A DNA stretch of 64,000 bases from Thermoplasmata archaeon (GCA_035636595.1 DASPYU010000009.1:31705-95704), one strand, 5' to 3'; positions 28,936-39,250 are shown, counted from the first letter of the stretch. A program made the numbers and translations. Notes: generated by a model not told the origin, from the letters alone.

Positions 28936-30525
28936 ATGCGTGAGCCTCGAGGGCGTGGGATCGTGGAATTCCGGAACGAACGGACGTGGCAGAACGCGGT
29001 CGAGATGGGGAAGACGGAGGAGTTCCACGCGAAATACGAAGCCGCGGTCGACAAGGTCCGCGCGGGATTCGGGGCCAAGCACCCGATGGTCATCGACGGC
29101 AACGAAGTCTGGGCCATCGCGACGTTCAAGGACCTGAGTCCGGCGGACACGCAGCTCGTCCTCGGGCTCTTCCAGAAAGGCACGCGCACGCACGCGAAGC
29201 AGGCGATCAAGGCGGCGAAGGCCGCGTTCCCGGCGTGGTCCGCGACCCCGTACACGGAGCGCGTGCGGACGTTGCAGCGCGCGGCCGACCTCATCAGCGA
29301 ACGGAAGTTCGAGTACGCGGCAGTCATGTCCTTCGAGAACGGAAAGAACCGCTACGAGGCGATGGCGGACGTCGACGAGGCCGCGGACCTGATCCGCTGG
29401 TACGCTGCGGAGATGCTCCGAAACCAGGGATACGAGCATGCGATGGGGCAGTTCCTCCCCGGCGAGGCGACGAGGAGCGTGCTCAAGCCCTACGGCGTCT
29501 GGGCCGTCATCGCGCCGTTCAATTTCCCGCTCGCAATCGCCGCAGGCATGACCACGGGCGCACTCGTCACGGGAAACGCGGTCGTCTTCAAGCCCGCGAG
29601 CGACACGCCCTTCATGGGCCTGAAGCTCACAGAGGTCCTCCGCGAGGCCGGCGTGCCTCCCGGAGCTTTCAACTACGTGACCGGCCCCGGCAACACGGTC
29701 GGACAGGAACTCGTCGACAACCCGGACATCGACGGCTTCGTGTTCACCGGATCTCGCGCGGTGGGCCTGAAGGCGTTCCGGGCGTTCACGGATACGAGAC
29801 CGAAGCCGATCATCACGGAAATGGGCGGGAAGAATCCGGCGATCGTCACGGCCAGCGCGGATCTCGAGAAGGCCGCGCTCGGAGTCATGCGGGCGGCCTT
29901 CGGGTACGGTGGCCAGAAGTGCTCCGCCTGCTCCCGCGTCCTCGTCGACCGACGGGTGAAGGACGCGTTCCTCGAGCGGCTCGTCGCGGAGACGCAGAAG
30001 ATCAAGATCGGGGACCCGACGGTCCGCGACGTGTACCTCGGGCCCGTCATCAACGATGCCGCGGTCAAGACCTACGAGGCCGCCATCGCCGAGATCAAGC
30101 GGTCGAAGGGCAAGATCCTCGCGGGCGGGAAGGCACTCAAGGGAAGCGGGCGCTTCGTCGAGCCGACGATCGTCGACGACCTGCCGCGGGAGCACCGGAT
30201 TAACAAGGAAGAGTTGTTCGTGCCGATCCTGTCGATCCTCGAGGTGGACGGCCTCGAGGATGCGGTCCACGTGGCGAACGACGTGGAGTACGGCCTGACG
30301 GCGGGCATCTTCACGCGCGAACCGTCGGAGCTGCGGCGCTTCTTTGCCGAAGTCCAGGCGGGCGTCCTCTATGCGAACCGCGCGGCGGGCGCGACGACCG
30401 GGGCGGTCGTCGGCGTGCAACCGTTCGGCGGGTGGAAGATGTCTGGGATCTCGGGCAAAGCAGCCGGCGGGCACCACTACCTGCCGCAATTCCTGCGGGA
30501 GCAGAGCCAGTCGGAGTACGTCTGA
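28936..30525 (+). CDS. rocA: L-glutamate gamma-semialdehyde (1-pyrroline-5-carboxylate) dehydrogenase, ALDH superfamily
   Basis: Internal ATG (MREPRGRGIVEFRNE..), matching the P5CDH N-terminus. ALDH motifs ITEMGGKNP and the catalytic Cys QKCSACS, plus a P5CDH-type C-terminus (QPFGGWKMSG). Confidence 0.8.
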   Translation: MREPRGRGIVEFRNERTWQNAVEMGKTEEFHAKYEAAVDKVRAGFGAKHPMVIDGNEVWAIATFKDLSPADTQLVLGLFQKGTRTHAKQAIKAAKAAFPAWSATPYTERVRTLQRAADLISERKFEYAAVMSFENGKNRYEAMADVDEAADLIRWYAAEMLRNQGYEHAMGQFLPGEATRSVLKPYGVWAVIAPFNFPLAIAAGMTTGALVTGNAVVFKPASDTPFMGLKLTEVLREAGVPPGAFNYVTGPGNTVGQELVDNPDIDGFVFTGSRAVGLKAFRAFTDTRPKPIITEMGGKNPAIVTASADLEKAALGVMRAAFGYGGQKCSACSRVLVDRRVKDAFLERLVAETQKIKIGDPTVRDVYLGPVINDAAVKTYEAAIAEIKRSKGKILAGGKALKGSGRFVEPTIVDDLPREHRINKEELFVPILSILEVDGLEDAVHVANDVEYGLTAGIFTREPSELRRFFAEVQAGVLYANRAAGATTGAVVGVQPFGGWKMSGISGKAAGGHHYLPQFLREQSQSEYV

Positions 30526-30717
30526 TTCCAACCGTCCGAGACCCGATTCACGCCGGCAAATCGCTCCATATCGATTCGCGATTTCCCCCGTGATCGCCCA
30601 AGATTTTCGAGGGCTGTCCTAAGATGTGCGGTGAATCTATTTATAGCGTCCGCCGAATCCCTGTCAGGTTGTAGCACGTGCGGGGGTATTGGGGCCCCTC
30701 GCCATGCTGGTGGGGTT

Positions 30718-33351
30718 ATGCCAGGGGAGGAGAAGCACTCGAGTTGGCGGCGCAGTGAACGAAGAGTCGTTGCGGCGATCGTGACCGCCGTCCTCATCTC
30801 GACGGTCTTGCTTTCGGCGTTCCTCGCCGTCGCGTATCCCGCGGCCGCGTCCGCCGCTCGGGGCGTCAACCCCGCCCAGGCATCTCGCACGCTGCGAATC
30901 GGCGTTTCCGGCCTGACCGCCGTAACGTTGAACCCGAACGCGATCACTCTTGTCCTCGAGTTCATCCCCGTGTACAACGTCTACAGCACGCTCGTCACCC
31001 GCGACGCCTCGCTCAGCATTGTCCCGGACCTCGCGTACCGATGGGAACCTCCCTCCGACGGCGTCACGTGGACGTTCCACCTCGTGTCGAACGCGTACTT
31101 CACGGACCCCATGAATCCCGCGGACCGCAGTCATCCGGTCACCGCGGATGACGTGGTCTTCTCCTATTACCTCGTCAAGAACAACACGGGCAGCATCCTG
31201 AATTCCTACACGTCCCAGATCGACCGGATTGAGAAGGTCGATACGTACACCGTGCGCATCGTCACCAAGGCGCCGTTCGCGGCGATGGACTCGACCCTGA
31301 CCGCCGTCCCGATCTTCCCCATGTATCTGTGGCAATCGATCCGGAACCCCGTCACGCAGGAACCGTTCCCGTACCCGGTCGGGTCCGGTGCGATGTACTA
31401 CGATCCGAACAGCGACCTGTCCGCAGTGATCATCCTGCACCGCAACCCGAACTACTTCGGCGACGCGATGTACTGCCAGCTTTCCCGGCCGGAAGAGGTG
31501 CGGTTCATCCTGTACACCTCCTCGGGCACGATGATCGACGAATTCGGGTCCGGGTCGAACAAGCTCGATGCGATCTTCAACATCCCGGCGTCGAGCTTCC
31601 TGAACGCGCCGGCCCTCCAGCAATCGACCGTGAGCCGAATCCAGGTCTCCGGCGGATTCGTTGGCGAAGTCGCGGCGAACGCGATGACGGACACGCTCCG
31701 CGCCCAGTACCAGCAGTTCCACACGGGACACAACAGCCAGATCCTCGCGACGAACCAGGTCGTCCGGCAGGCGGTCGCGATGAGCATCGACCGGGCCGCG
31801 ATCGTCCGGTATGCCTACCAGGGCCTCGCGACGCTCGGCGACAGCTTGGTGCCGTCGAGCAACCCATGGCACTACCCGATCCCGCCGGCGAATCAGTACG
31901 ATTTCGATCCCGCCGCCGCGCGCGCGATGCTGAACGCCGCGGGATGGGCCTACGATTCCGCGGGCAACCCCGCGACCGCGACGACGACCCCGCTCTACAA
32001 AGCGGGCGGCACACAGGGCCTCGTCTTCCGCTTCTACACGCCGGACAACCACCCGGAGTTCGAGCCCGCGGTGGCGAACATCACCGCGTGGTTGGGCCAG
32101 GCGGGCATCCAGACGACCGACTCGCGGGGCAACTACGTCCCCGGATACGAACTCAAGCCCGTGAACCAGATGAACAGCATCTGGAAAGCGCTCGATTACG
32201 ACATCTGGCTGTGGGACTGGGTCTTCAGCCGGGTCTCGGACCCGTCGCTCGACATCCTCGAGGTGCAGACGACCGACGCGATCGGGCCCACGAGCGACAA
32301 CGGATACTCGAACGCGACGTTCGACGCACTGTACAACGAGTCCTTGGTCACCGTCAACCCGTCCGACCGCCGCAACATCACGAACACGATGCAGCAGATG
32401 CTCTACGACTACGCGTCGTACATCATCCCCTACTACGCGGACGACCTGTACGCGGTCACGAGCGACCCCGGACTCGGCAACGGCTGGCAGAACTGGGGCG
32501 ATTGGACGAAGCGTCCCGGCCTCACCGTGGACAGCTCGCTCCCGGCGCTGTACTTCAACCTGTATCCCGCGGACAACCCGCCACCGGTGATCAGCGCGTT
32601 CCCCGCCGTCGACTTCGTCTCGGGGGCCCCGGCCTCCGTGAGCGTCGTGGCGTCCGATCCGAACGACGTGACGCTGTCGTACACCTGGGACTTCGGGGAC
32701 GGGACCGCTCCGGAGACGACGTCCACCGCCAGCACGACGCACACGTACGCGAGCCCGGGCACGTACGCGCTCAAGGTGCGCGTGACGGACACGGAATGGC
32801 CGACGTGCGCGACCTCTACCGCGACGATCAGTCCCGGCACGGCGAACGGACCTCCGAGTGCGACCTTGGGCTTCCAGTTCCCCGCGTCGGGCCACGGCTG
32901 GGAGCACCAAGCGGTGAACTTCAGCGTGACCGTCTCCGACCCGGAGGGCGACCCGCTCTACATCACCTGGGCGTTCGGGGACCAGGCGACCGCGACGAAC
33001 TACGTCACCTCGACGTCGTCGCCGACGACCGTCACGCAGAGCCACGTGTACGCGTCGCCCGGAAACTACAGCTTCGCCGTCAACGTCACGGACAACCAAA
33101 CGGGCGCCGGGCACATCCAGTCGAAGCCCGCGAACATCCCGATCTGGACGACTCCGACAGGTGGCGGTGGAGGCGGCGGTCCAGGCCCCGGCGTGAATCC
33201 GCTCATCAACTACGGCGTGCCCCTCGGCATCGTGGCCGTCATCCTGATCGCGGCGGCGGTCGTCCTGATCCGTCGGAGCCGGGCGCGAACGAAGGAGGAA
33301 CGGGAGGAGGAACCTCCGAGGCAGCCACCGCCTCCGCCCCCGCCATCCTGA
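30718..33351 (+). CDS. ABC transporter substrate-binding protein (family 5, Opp/Dpp type) fused to two PKD domains and a C-terminal TM anchor
   Basis: Internal ATG (MPGEEK.., signal anchor). SBP_bac_5-like region, PKD motifs (SYTWDFGDG, ITWAFGD), and C-terminal TM (LGIVAVILIAAAVVLI) followed by RRSRARTKEEREEEPPRQPPPPPPPS. Confidence 0.8.
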   Translation: MPGEEKHSSWRRSERRVVAAIVTAVLISTVLLSAFLAVAYPAAASAARGVNPAQASRTLRIGVSGLTAVTLNPNAITLVLEFIPVYNVYSTLVTRDASLSIVPDLAYRWEPPSDGVTWTFHLVSNAYFTDPMNPADRSHPVTADDVVFSYYLVKNNTGSILNSYTSQIDRIEKVDTYTVRIVTKAPFAAMDSTLTAVPIFPMYLWQSIRNPVTQEPFPYPVGSGAMYYDPNSDLSAVIILHRNPNYFGDAMYCQLSRPEEVRFILYTSSGTMIDEFGSGSNKLDAIFNIPASSFLNAPALQQSTVSRIQVSGGFVGEVAANAMTDTLRAQYQQFHTGHNSQILATNQVVRQAVAMSIDRAAIVRYAYQGLATLGDSLVPSSNPWHYPIPPANQYDFDPAAARAMLNAAGWAYDSAGNPATATTTPLYKAGGTQGLVFRFYTPDNHPEFEPAVANITAWLGQAGIQTTDSRGNYVPGYELKPVNQMNSIWKALDYDIWLWDWVFSRVSDPSLDILEVQTTDAIGPTSDNGYSNATFDALYNESLVTVNPSDRRNITNTMQQMLYDYASYIIPYYADDLYAVTSDPGLGNGWQNWGDWTKRPGLTVDSSLPALYFNLYPADNPPPVISAFPAVDFVSGAPASVSVVASDPNDVTLSYTWDFGDGTAPETTSTASTTHTYASPGTYALKVRVTDTEWPTCATSTATISPGTANGPPSATLGFQFPASGHGWEHQAVNFSVTVSDPEGDPLYITWAFGDQATATNYVTSTSSPTTVTQSHVYASPGNYSFAVNVTDNQTGAGHIQSKPANIPIWTTPTGGGGGGGPGPGVNPLINYGVPLGIVAVILIAAAVVLIRRSRARTKEEREEEPPRQPPPPPPPS

Positions 33352-33435
33352 TTACCCCGGAGCGGCTGAGCATTGCTCGAGTCGGAGAGGTGAGAAAGCA
33401 CGAGCAGCCTCCTCAGGGTCGTCGCTCGGCGCGTC

Positions 33436-34407
33436 GTGAATGCCGCCATCACGATGTTCGGGATCATCTGCCTCAACTACGTCCTCATCCGGCTGATGCC
33501 CGGGAGCGCGGACCTCGCGATCGTGCCCCGTGACCCGAAGTACGCGGGCTTCCGCGAGTACCAGATCGCGCTGTTCGGACTCGACAAGACCCCGCTCGAG
33601 CAGTTCGTCATCTACCTGCAGAAGCTCTTCACCCTCGACTGGGGCGTATCGTACTTCTACAAGCGGCCCGTGGTCCAGATCCTCGCGGTCGACCTGTCGT
33701 GGACCCTCCTGCTCGTGGGCACCGCGACCGTCTTCACGATCTTGATCGGCATGGCGATGGGGGCCTACGCCGCGGTGCGGAGAGGCAAGCCGTTCGACTA
33801 CCTCTCGACGGGATTCGCGATCTTCTTCTACGGGATGCCCATCTTCTGGCTCGGGCTCGTCCTCCAGGCGGCCTTCCGGAAGAACTCGCCCGTCACGGAC
33901 TACTTCTCGTGGTGGCCCTCGCTGCCGGTCCAAGGATACTACGACGACAACTTGGTCCCATGGCGGTGGGACTGGATCCACATCGGCGACGCGACGGTCC
34001 ACCTCATCCTCCCCGCGGCGACGCTCGCCCTCGGGACGCTCGCGGGGATCTCGCTCGTCATGAAGAGCTCCCTCATCGACGTGATGACGGAGGACTTCGT
34101 CACGACGGCGCGGGCGAAAGGGCTGAATGAGCGGGTCATCCTGCGGCGGCACATCTTCCCGAACGGGCTCCCGCCGATGGTCTCCCTCATCGCGCTCGAC
34201 ATCGCGTTCATCCTCGGCGGCGCGTACCAGGTCGAGTACGTCTTCAACTACAAGGGGATCGGCTACCGGACGATCGAGGCGATCGAGAACCTCGACTACC
34301 CGCTGCTTCAATTCATCATCGTGATTGGAGGCGCCGCCGTCGTGCTCGCGAACCTCGTCTCCGATTTTGTCCTGCTCCTGCTCGACCCGCGAATCAAGAT
34401 TACCTGA
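33436..34407 (+). CDS. ABC transporter permease (DppB/OppB type)
   Basis: GTG start. BPD_transp_1 signature region (..LIDVMTEDFVTTARAKGL..) and six TM helices. Confidence 0.85.
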   Translation: MNAAITMFGIICLNYVLIRLMPGSADLAIVPRDPKYAGFREYQIALFGLDKTPLEQFVIYLQKLFTLDWGVSYFYKRPVVQILAVDLSWTLLLVGTATVFTILIGMAMGAYAAVRRGKPFDYLSTGFAIFFYGMPIFWLGLVLQAAFRKNSPVTDYFSWWPSLPVQGYYDDNLVPWRWDWIHIGDATVHLILPAATLALGTLAGISLVMKSSLIDVMTEDFVTTARAKGLNERVILRRHIFPNGLPPMVSLIALDIAFILGGAYQVEYVFNYKGIGYRTIEAIENLDYPLLQFIIVIGGAAVVLANLVSDFVLLLLDPRIKIT

Positions 34408-34415
34408 GGTGATGG

Positions 34416-35333
34416 ATGGCCGAAGTCGTCGAAGGCATCCGGATCGTCTCCCCGTTCCGCGCGCGCGCGACGGTCATGTACCGCCGCCTCCACGACGTCT
34501 GGAGCCAGATCGCGCACAACCGCTCCGCCATGCTGGGACTCGCCATCCTCGTGTTCTTCGTCGTCCTCGCGATCGCGGCCCCTTGGCTCGCGCCCTACGG
34601 GCCGTTGCAGGCGGTCCCCGACGCGCTGCCCCTGACGCGGGCGACGTCGGCGCATCCGCTCGGCGTGAATCAACTCGGATACGACATCTTCTCCCAAGTC
34701 ATCTGGGGCACGCGCGTCTCGCTCATCGTCGGCATCCTCTCCGCGCTCGTCGCGAGCGTCATCGGCACCGCGGTCGGCCTCATCTCGGGCTTCGTCGGCG
34801 GCTGGCTCGACGAGGTCATCATGCGCTTCAACGACGTCGTCCTCTCGATCCCGTGGCTCGTCCTGATGATCGTCATCGCCGCGCGCATCGGGAACCTCGA
34901 CCTGTGGGGCATCATCTTCGTGATCGGCTTCACGGGATGGTCCATCACGGCGCGCGTCATCCGAGGCCAGGTCCTCAGCCTCAAAGAGCGCATGTTCGTC
35001 GAACGCGGCAAGATGATCGGCTCGTCGAACGCGCACATCGTAATCCGGCACATTTTCCCGAACGCCTTCCCGATCGTCTTCGCGAACACGATCCTGACGG
35101 TCGCGGTGTCGATCATCTCGGAGAGCGTCCTCGCGTTCCTCAACCTGTCCGTCCGGAACACGGTGAGCTGGGGCCGGGTCATCGCGGAGGCGTTCAAGTA
35201 CAACGCGATCACGATCGGGATGCCAGGATGGATCATCGTCCCCGGCCTCTGCCTCGTCTTCCTCGTCTTCGGCTTCTACCTCTTCGGGTACGCGCTCGAT
35301 GAGATCCTGAATCCGCGCCTTCGGAGGCGCTAG
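34416..35333 (+). CDS. ABC transporter permease (DppC/OppC type)
   Basis: Typical OppC architecture with EAA-like loop (..ITARVIRGQVLSLKERMFVERGKMIG..). Confidence 0.85.
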   Translation: MAEVVEGIRIVSPFRARATVMYRRLHDVWSQIAHNRSAMLGLAILVFFVVLAIAAPWLAPYGPLQAVPDALPLTRATSAHPLGVNQLGYDIFSQVIWGTRVSLIVGILSALVASVIGTAVGLISGFVGGWLDEVIMRFNDVVLSIPWLVLMIVIAARIGNLDLWGIIFVIGFTGWSITARVIRGQVLSLKERMFVERGKMIGSSNAHIVIRHIFPNAFPIVFANTILTVAVSIISESVLAFLNLSVRNTVSWGRVIAEAFKYNAITIGMPGWIIVPGLCLVFLVFGFYLFGYALDEILNPRLRRR

Positions 35334-35350
35334 AAACGACCCTCCTTGAG

Positions 35351-36334
35351 GTGCGCGACCTCAGCGTCGAATTCGACACGCGCGCCGGGAAAGTGCACGC
35401 GGTCGAGGGCGCCTCGTTCGACGTGGCGGAAGGGGAGGCGCTCGGCCTCGCGGGCGAGTCGGGTTGTGGGAAGACGACGACGGCCCTCTCCCTGATGCGC
35501 CTCCTCCCGGCGAACGGCCACATCGTCGAAGGGACCGTGCGGCTGGACGGCCGCAACCTGGTCCGCTCCTCCGAGGCGGCGTTGCAGAAAATCCGGTGGA
35601 AGAAAATCTCGATCATCTTCCAGGGAGCGATGAATTCCCTGAACCCGGTCCAGCGGATCGGGAAGCAGATCGCCGAACCGATCATCCTGCATGAAGGGGC
35701 GACCAAGGAAGCGGCGACCGCTCGCGCCGGACAGCTCTTGGAGCTCGTCGGGATTTCCCGGGAGCGGCTCAGCGACTATCCCCACGAATTCTCCGGAGGG
35801 ATGCGGCAGCGGGTGATGATCGCGATGGCCCTCGCGTGCAACCCGAACCTCGTGATCGCGGACGAACCCGTGACGGCCCTCGACGTGATGATCCAGGCGC
35901 AGATCCTGGAGCTCCTCGAGCGGCTTCGCCGGGAGTTGGGCCTCTCCATGATCCTCATCTCCCACGATCTCTCCGTCCTTGCGGAGACGTGCGACCGGGT
36001 CGCGATCATGTACGCGGGGAAGATCGTCGAGACGGGCCCGGTCGTCGACGTGTTCTCGGACCCCAAGCATCCGTACACGCAGGGGCTCGTCGCCGCGTTC
36101 CCGGACGTCCGCGGGCCCCGGATCATGCCGGAGGCGATCCCCGGCGATGTGCCGAGTCTCATTTCCCCGCCGTCGGGCTGCGTGTTCCATCCGCGGTGCA
36201 AGTTCTCCTTCGACCGATGCACGACCGCCGAGCCCGCCCTCTCGGAACTGAGCCCCGGACGTCGGGCGGCCTGCTTCCTGTTTCCCGAAGTCACGGAGGT
36301 GCCGGCACGGCCAGCTCGCGCAGCCGAGACATGA
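35351..36334 (+). CDS. ABC transporter ATP-binding protein (DppD/OppD type)
   Basis: Walker A GESGCGKTT, signature FSGGMRQRV, Walker B LVIADEPVTALD, and a C-terminal Opp-type extension with CxxC. Confidence 0.85.
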   Translation: MRDLSVEFDTRAGKVHAVEGASFDVAEGEALGLAGESGCGKTTTALSLMRLLPANGHIVEGTVRLDGRNLVRSSEAALQKIRWKKISIIFQGAMNSLNPVQRIGKQIAEPIILHEGATKEAATARAGQLLELVGISRERLSDYPHEFSGGMRQRVMIAMALACNPNLVIADEPVTALDVMIQAQILELLERLRRELGLSMILISHDLSVLAETCDRVAIMYAGKIVETGPVVDVFSDPKHPYTQGLVAAFPDVRGPRIMPEAIPGDVPSLISPPSGCVFHPRCKFSFDRCTTAEPALSELSPGRRAACFLFPEVTEVPARPARAAET

Positions 36335-38133
36335 TCCGCGTTCGGGACCTCCGGGTCTGGTACCCGCTCCGAAAAGGGCTGTTCGGTGAACTGCTCGGCC
36401 GGCAACCCGAGTGGGTGCGCGCCGTCGACGAAATCTCGTTCGACGTGCGCACGGGCGAGGTCCTGTGCCTCGTCGGCGAGAGCGGATGCGGGAAGACCTC
36501 TACGGGCAAGGCGATCTTGCAACTCGCTGACGCGACGGGCGGGGACGTCTTCATCGAGATCCCCGACGCGGAGTTTGACCGGTTCCGCGCCGCCTCCAAG
36601 AAGAAAGACGAACCGGAATCCGCGAAGCTCGTGGACGAAACCCGCCGCAAGTACTCCGTCTCCTGGAAGGAAAAGTTCCGGTGGACCCGATTCGACATCA
36701 TGAGCCTCGCGACGATGATCGAGGCCGCGGTCCTCCTGGCATTCGTGGTCCCGGCCGCGATCCTCGGACTCTTCTCGGACCCGTTCACGAACTCGTGGAA
36801 CACGCTGGGCTTTGCCGTCGCGGTCGGTGCCATCGTGGGTGCGGTCGCGAGTTTGCCGCCGGCCCGCGCATGGCGTCGCCTCCCCATCGTCGTCGCGGTC
36901 CTGTCGATCGTCCTCGTGGTCCTCGGCGGCATCCCGACGTTCTACTTCCGGGACCTGGTGGCTCCGGGTACCGGCGGGTTCGGATCGACCGCGCTATCGA
37001 TGGCGTGGGAGCGCGATCTGTTCGGGCTCTTGATTGCCACCGCCTTCGCACCGATCGTCGCGGCGGCGATGTCGGCTTTGATCGTCGACGTGAGGCAACG
37101 GACCGGAGGCCTCGGCGGAATGCGCATGCGCGGAATGCGCCGGCGCCTTCAAATGATCTTCCAGGATCCGTACGAGTCCCTCAATCCGAAGCAGTCGGTA
37201 TACGAGATCGTCTCCGAGCCGCTCGTCGTGAACCGGATCACGCGGAATCCCGAGGAAATCACCGAGCTGGTCCAGAGCGCGCTCCGCGACGCCGGACTGC
37301 GTCCCCCGGAGGAGTTCATGTTCCGCTTCCCGCACGAACTCAGCGGCGGACAGCGGCAACGCGTCTCCATCGCAGCGGCCCTCGTCCTGCAACCGGACTT
37401 CATCGTCGCGGACGAGCCGGTGTCGATGCTGGACGTCTCCATCCGGACGGGGATCCTGCAGCTCATGATGGACCTGCGGAAATCCCGCGGCCTCACGTAC
37501 CTGTTCATCACCCACGACCTCTCGCTCGCCTGGGTGATCGCGGACCGCATCGCCGTCATGTACTTGGGCAAAATCGTGGAACTCGGCACCGCGGAACAGG
37601 TGATCGGCCAGCCGAAGCACCCGTACACCCAAGCTCTCATCTCCGTGGTTCCGAGCCCGGATCCGCGCAAGCGGGTCCAGCGGATGATCCTGAAAGGCGA
37701 ACGGCCCGATCCCGTCAACATTCCGACGGGTTGCCGCTTCCATCCAAGGTGCCCAATGGCGTTCGAGCCGTGCGGTTGGAACTCCGAGGAGGTCGTCGCC
37801 GAGCTCACGGCCCTGCAAGCCGACGGCCGATTACCCGGCGTCGCCGCGATCTCCGTCCAGGGCTTGCACAACGTCACGATGACGGTGGCTCCGGGCGCCT
37901 CGGCGGAAAGCACGGTCGCGGCGGTCCGGGCCGCGGTCGCGGCGGGACGCAACGCACGGCTTGGACTGAAAGGCGTCTCGAGGGTTGAGGCGAAGGGCGG
38001 GTCCATCGAGATCTCTTTGAACGCCTGGTTCGTGCCCGAACTCGTCGAGCTCGCGCCGGAGAATTCCGTGGCTTGCCATCTCATCACGCCGCCGTCGACG
38101 GAGGCCGCGGCCGTCACGGCCGGAGCCGACTGA
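36331..38133 (+). CDS. ABC transporter ATP-binding protein (OppF/DppF type) with a ~220-aa four-TM insertion in the nucleotide-binding domain
   Basis: ATG overlaps the previous stop (ATGA). Walker A GESGCGKTST, then an inserted segment with 4 hydrophobic helices (LATMIEAAVLLAFVVPAAILGLF, FAVAVGAIVGAVASL, LPIVVAVLSIVLVVLGGIP, LLIATAFAPIVAAAMSALIV). After it come the Q-loop IFQDPYESLNP, signature LSGGQRQRV, Walker B IVADEPVSMLD and an Opp C-terminal domain. Confidence 0.75.
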   Translation: MIRVRDLRVWYPLRKGLFGELLGRQPEWVRAVDEISFDVRTGEVLCLVGESGCGKTSTGKAILQLADATGGDVFIEIPDAEFDRFRAASKKKDEPESAKLVDETRRKYSVSWKEKFRWTRFDIMSLATMIEAAVLLAFVVPAAILGLFSDPFTNSWNTLGFAVAVGAIVGAVASLPPARAWRRLPIVVAVLSIVLVVLGGIPTFYFRDLVAPGTGGFGSTALSMAWERDLFGLLIATAFAPIVAAAMSALIVDVRQRTGGLGGMRMRGMRRRLQMIFQDPYESLNPKQSVYEIVSEPLVVNRITRNPEEITELVQSALRDAGLRPPEEFMFRFPHELSGGQRQRVSIAAALVLQPDFIVADEPVSMLDVSIRTGILQLMMDLRKSRGLTYLFITHDLSLAWVIADRIAVMYLGKIVELGTAEQVIGQPKHPYTQALISVVPSPDPRKRVQRMILKGERPDPVNIPTGCRFHPRCPMAFEPCGWNSEEVVAELTALQADGRLPGVAAISVQGLHNVTMTVAPGASAESTVAAVRAAVAAGRNARLGLKGVSRVEAKGGSIEISLNAWFVPELVELAPENSVACHLITPPSTEAAAVTAGAD

Positions 38134-39250
38134 GGCGCTCGAACAGCCGATGGAACCGCGAGACGTGCGATCCGGGCACAAGCCGCGATGGGACCGGCGT
38201 CAGAGCGGGCCATGGCGCGACGGTCGTGCGCCATCGAGCGAGGATGTACGCACACGGGACGAACGTGGCGGCCCCGAGCAGGAGGCCGAGGTTCAGGATG
38301 CCCGTCGTCGTGGTGAGGAGCCCCGCGAGCGGCTCGATGATCACGAGACCGAGCGTGTACGCGAACGCGCCCATCGAGAGGACCGTCGCCCGCTGCCCCG
38401 GCTCGAGCCTCCGATTCAGGAACGCGGTCGTGAGCGCGGGCTGCAGGCTCCACACGACGTAAATCGGAATCTGGAAGAGGATCGCTCCCGGATACTGACC
38501 GACGCCGAACATCGCGAAGAACGAAGCCGATGCGAGGAGGACGAGCAACGCGATCGTCCCGAACTCCCCGAGGAAGCGGGAGATCTCGCCCGCGAAGCCG
38601 GACCATAACGCCGCGACCAAGAGGAACGCGGAGATCGAGACCGCGATCTCGGGATCGGAGAGGCCGAGGAACCGCAAGTAGAGGGGACGGAAGATCGACA
38701 TCGCATACAGGGTGATCCCGAGGAACACTCCGATGCCGATGAGCAGCGCGACGCCTTCCCGCCGACGCACGACGCGCAGTCCCTGGACCAACTGTTGCGC
38801 GTACGTGGGCTCCGTGATTCGCTCGACCGACGGTTCGAGGAAGGTCCACGCGACGCCGACCGCCACGAGGTTCCACGCGGCTCCGACGAACAGGGTCACG
38901 CGGAGATCGTGGACGACTTGAACGAGGGCGCCGCCCGCGAACGCACCCGCGGAGTTCGCGAGGAGTTGGATCATCGTGTTGCGGCCGATGTACCGCGGGA
39001 ACTCCGACTCGTGTCCCGCCTCGAGGAGCGTCTCGTACAGGTACGCGGACGTCCCGATCGAGAAAGCGGCACCGAGCGACCAGACCACGTTGGCGCCGAC
39101 GTATCCGACGAACGTCGTCCCAAGGCCGTAGCCGAGGATCCCGGCGGACCGGATCACCTCGCTCACGATAATCGTCTTCTTGCGGCCGACGCGATCCGCC
39201 ATGACGCCAACCGGGAGCTGGAAGACGAGGAGTCCGACCCAGAACGCCAC
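38114..39250 (-). CDS. MFS transporter, N-terminus uncertain
   Basis: 11 TM helices in 378 aa with the MFS motif A region (GVMADRVGRKK). An in-frame TM1-like sequence lies upstream of the GTG start without a canonical start codon. Confidence 0.7.
   Translation of the reverse strand: MAFWVGLLVFQLPVGVMADRVGRKKTIIVSEVIRSAGILGYGLGTTFVGYVGANVVWSLGAAFSIGTSAYLYETLLEAGHESEFPRYIGRNTMIQLLANSAGAFAGGALVQVVHDLRVTLFVGAAWNLVAVGVAWTFLEPSVERITEPTYAQQLVQGLRVVRRREGVALLIGIGVFLGITLYAMSIFRPLYLRFLGLSDPEIAVSISAFLLVAALWSGFAGEISRFLGEFGTIALLVLLASASFFAMFGVGQYPGAILFQIPIYVVWSLQPALTTAFLNRRLEPGQRATVLSMGAFAYTLGLVIIEPLAGLLTTTTGILNLGLLLGAATFVPCAYILARWRTTVAPWPALTPVPSRLVPGSHVSRFHRLFERLSRLRP

Noticed and set aside
35836-36330. 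5' extension of track ORF 35836..38133 (a 765-aa reading) running through dppD
   Set aside because: It is in-frame read-through of the upstream ATPase gene in a different frame. The true start is the ATG at 36331, overlapping the dppD stop.
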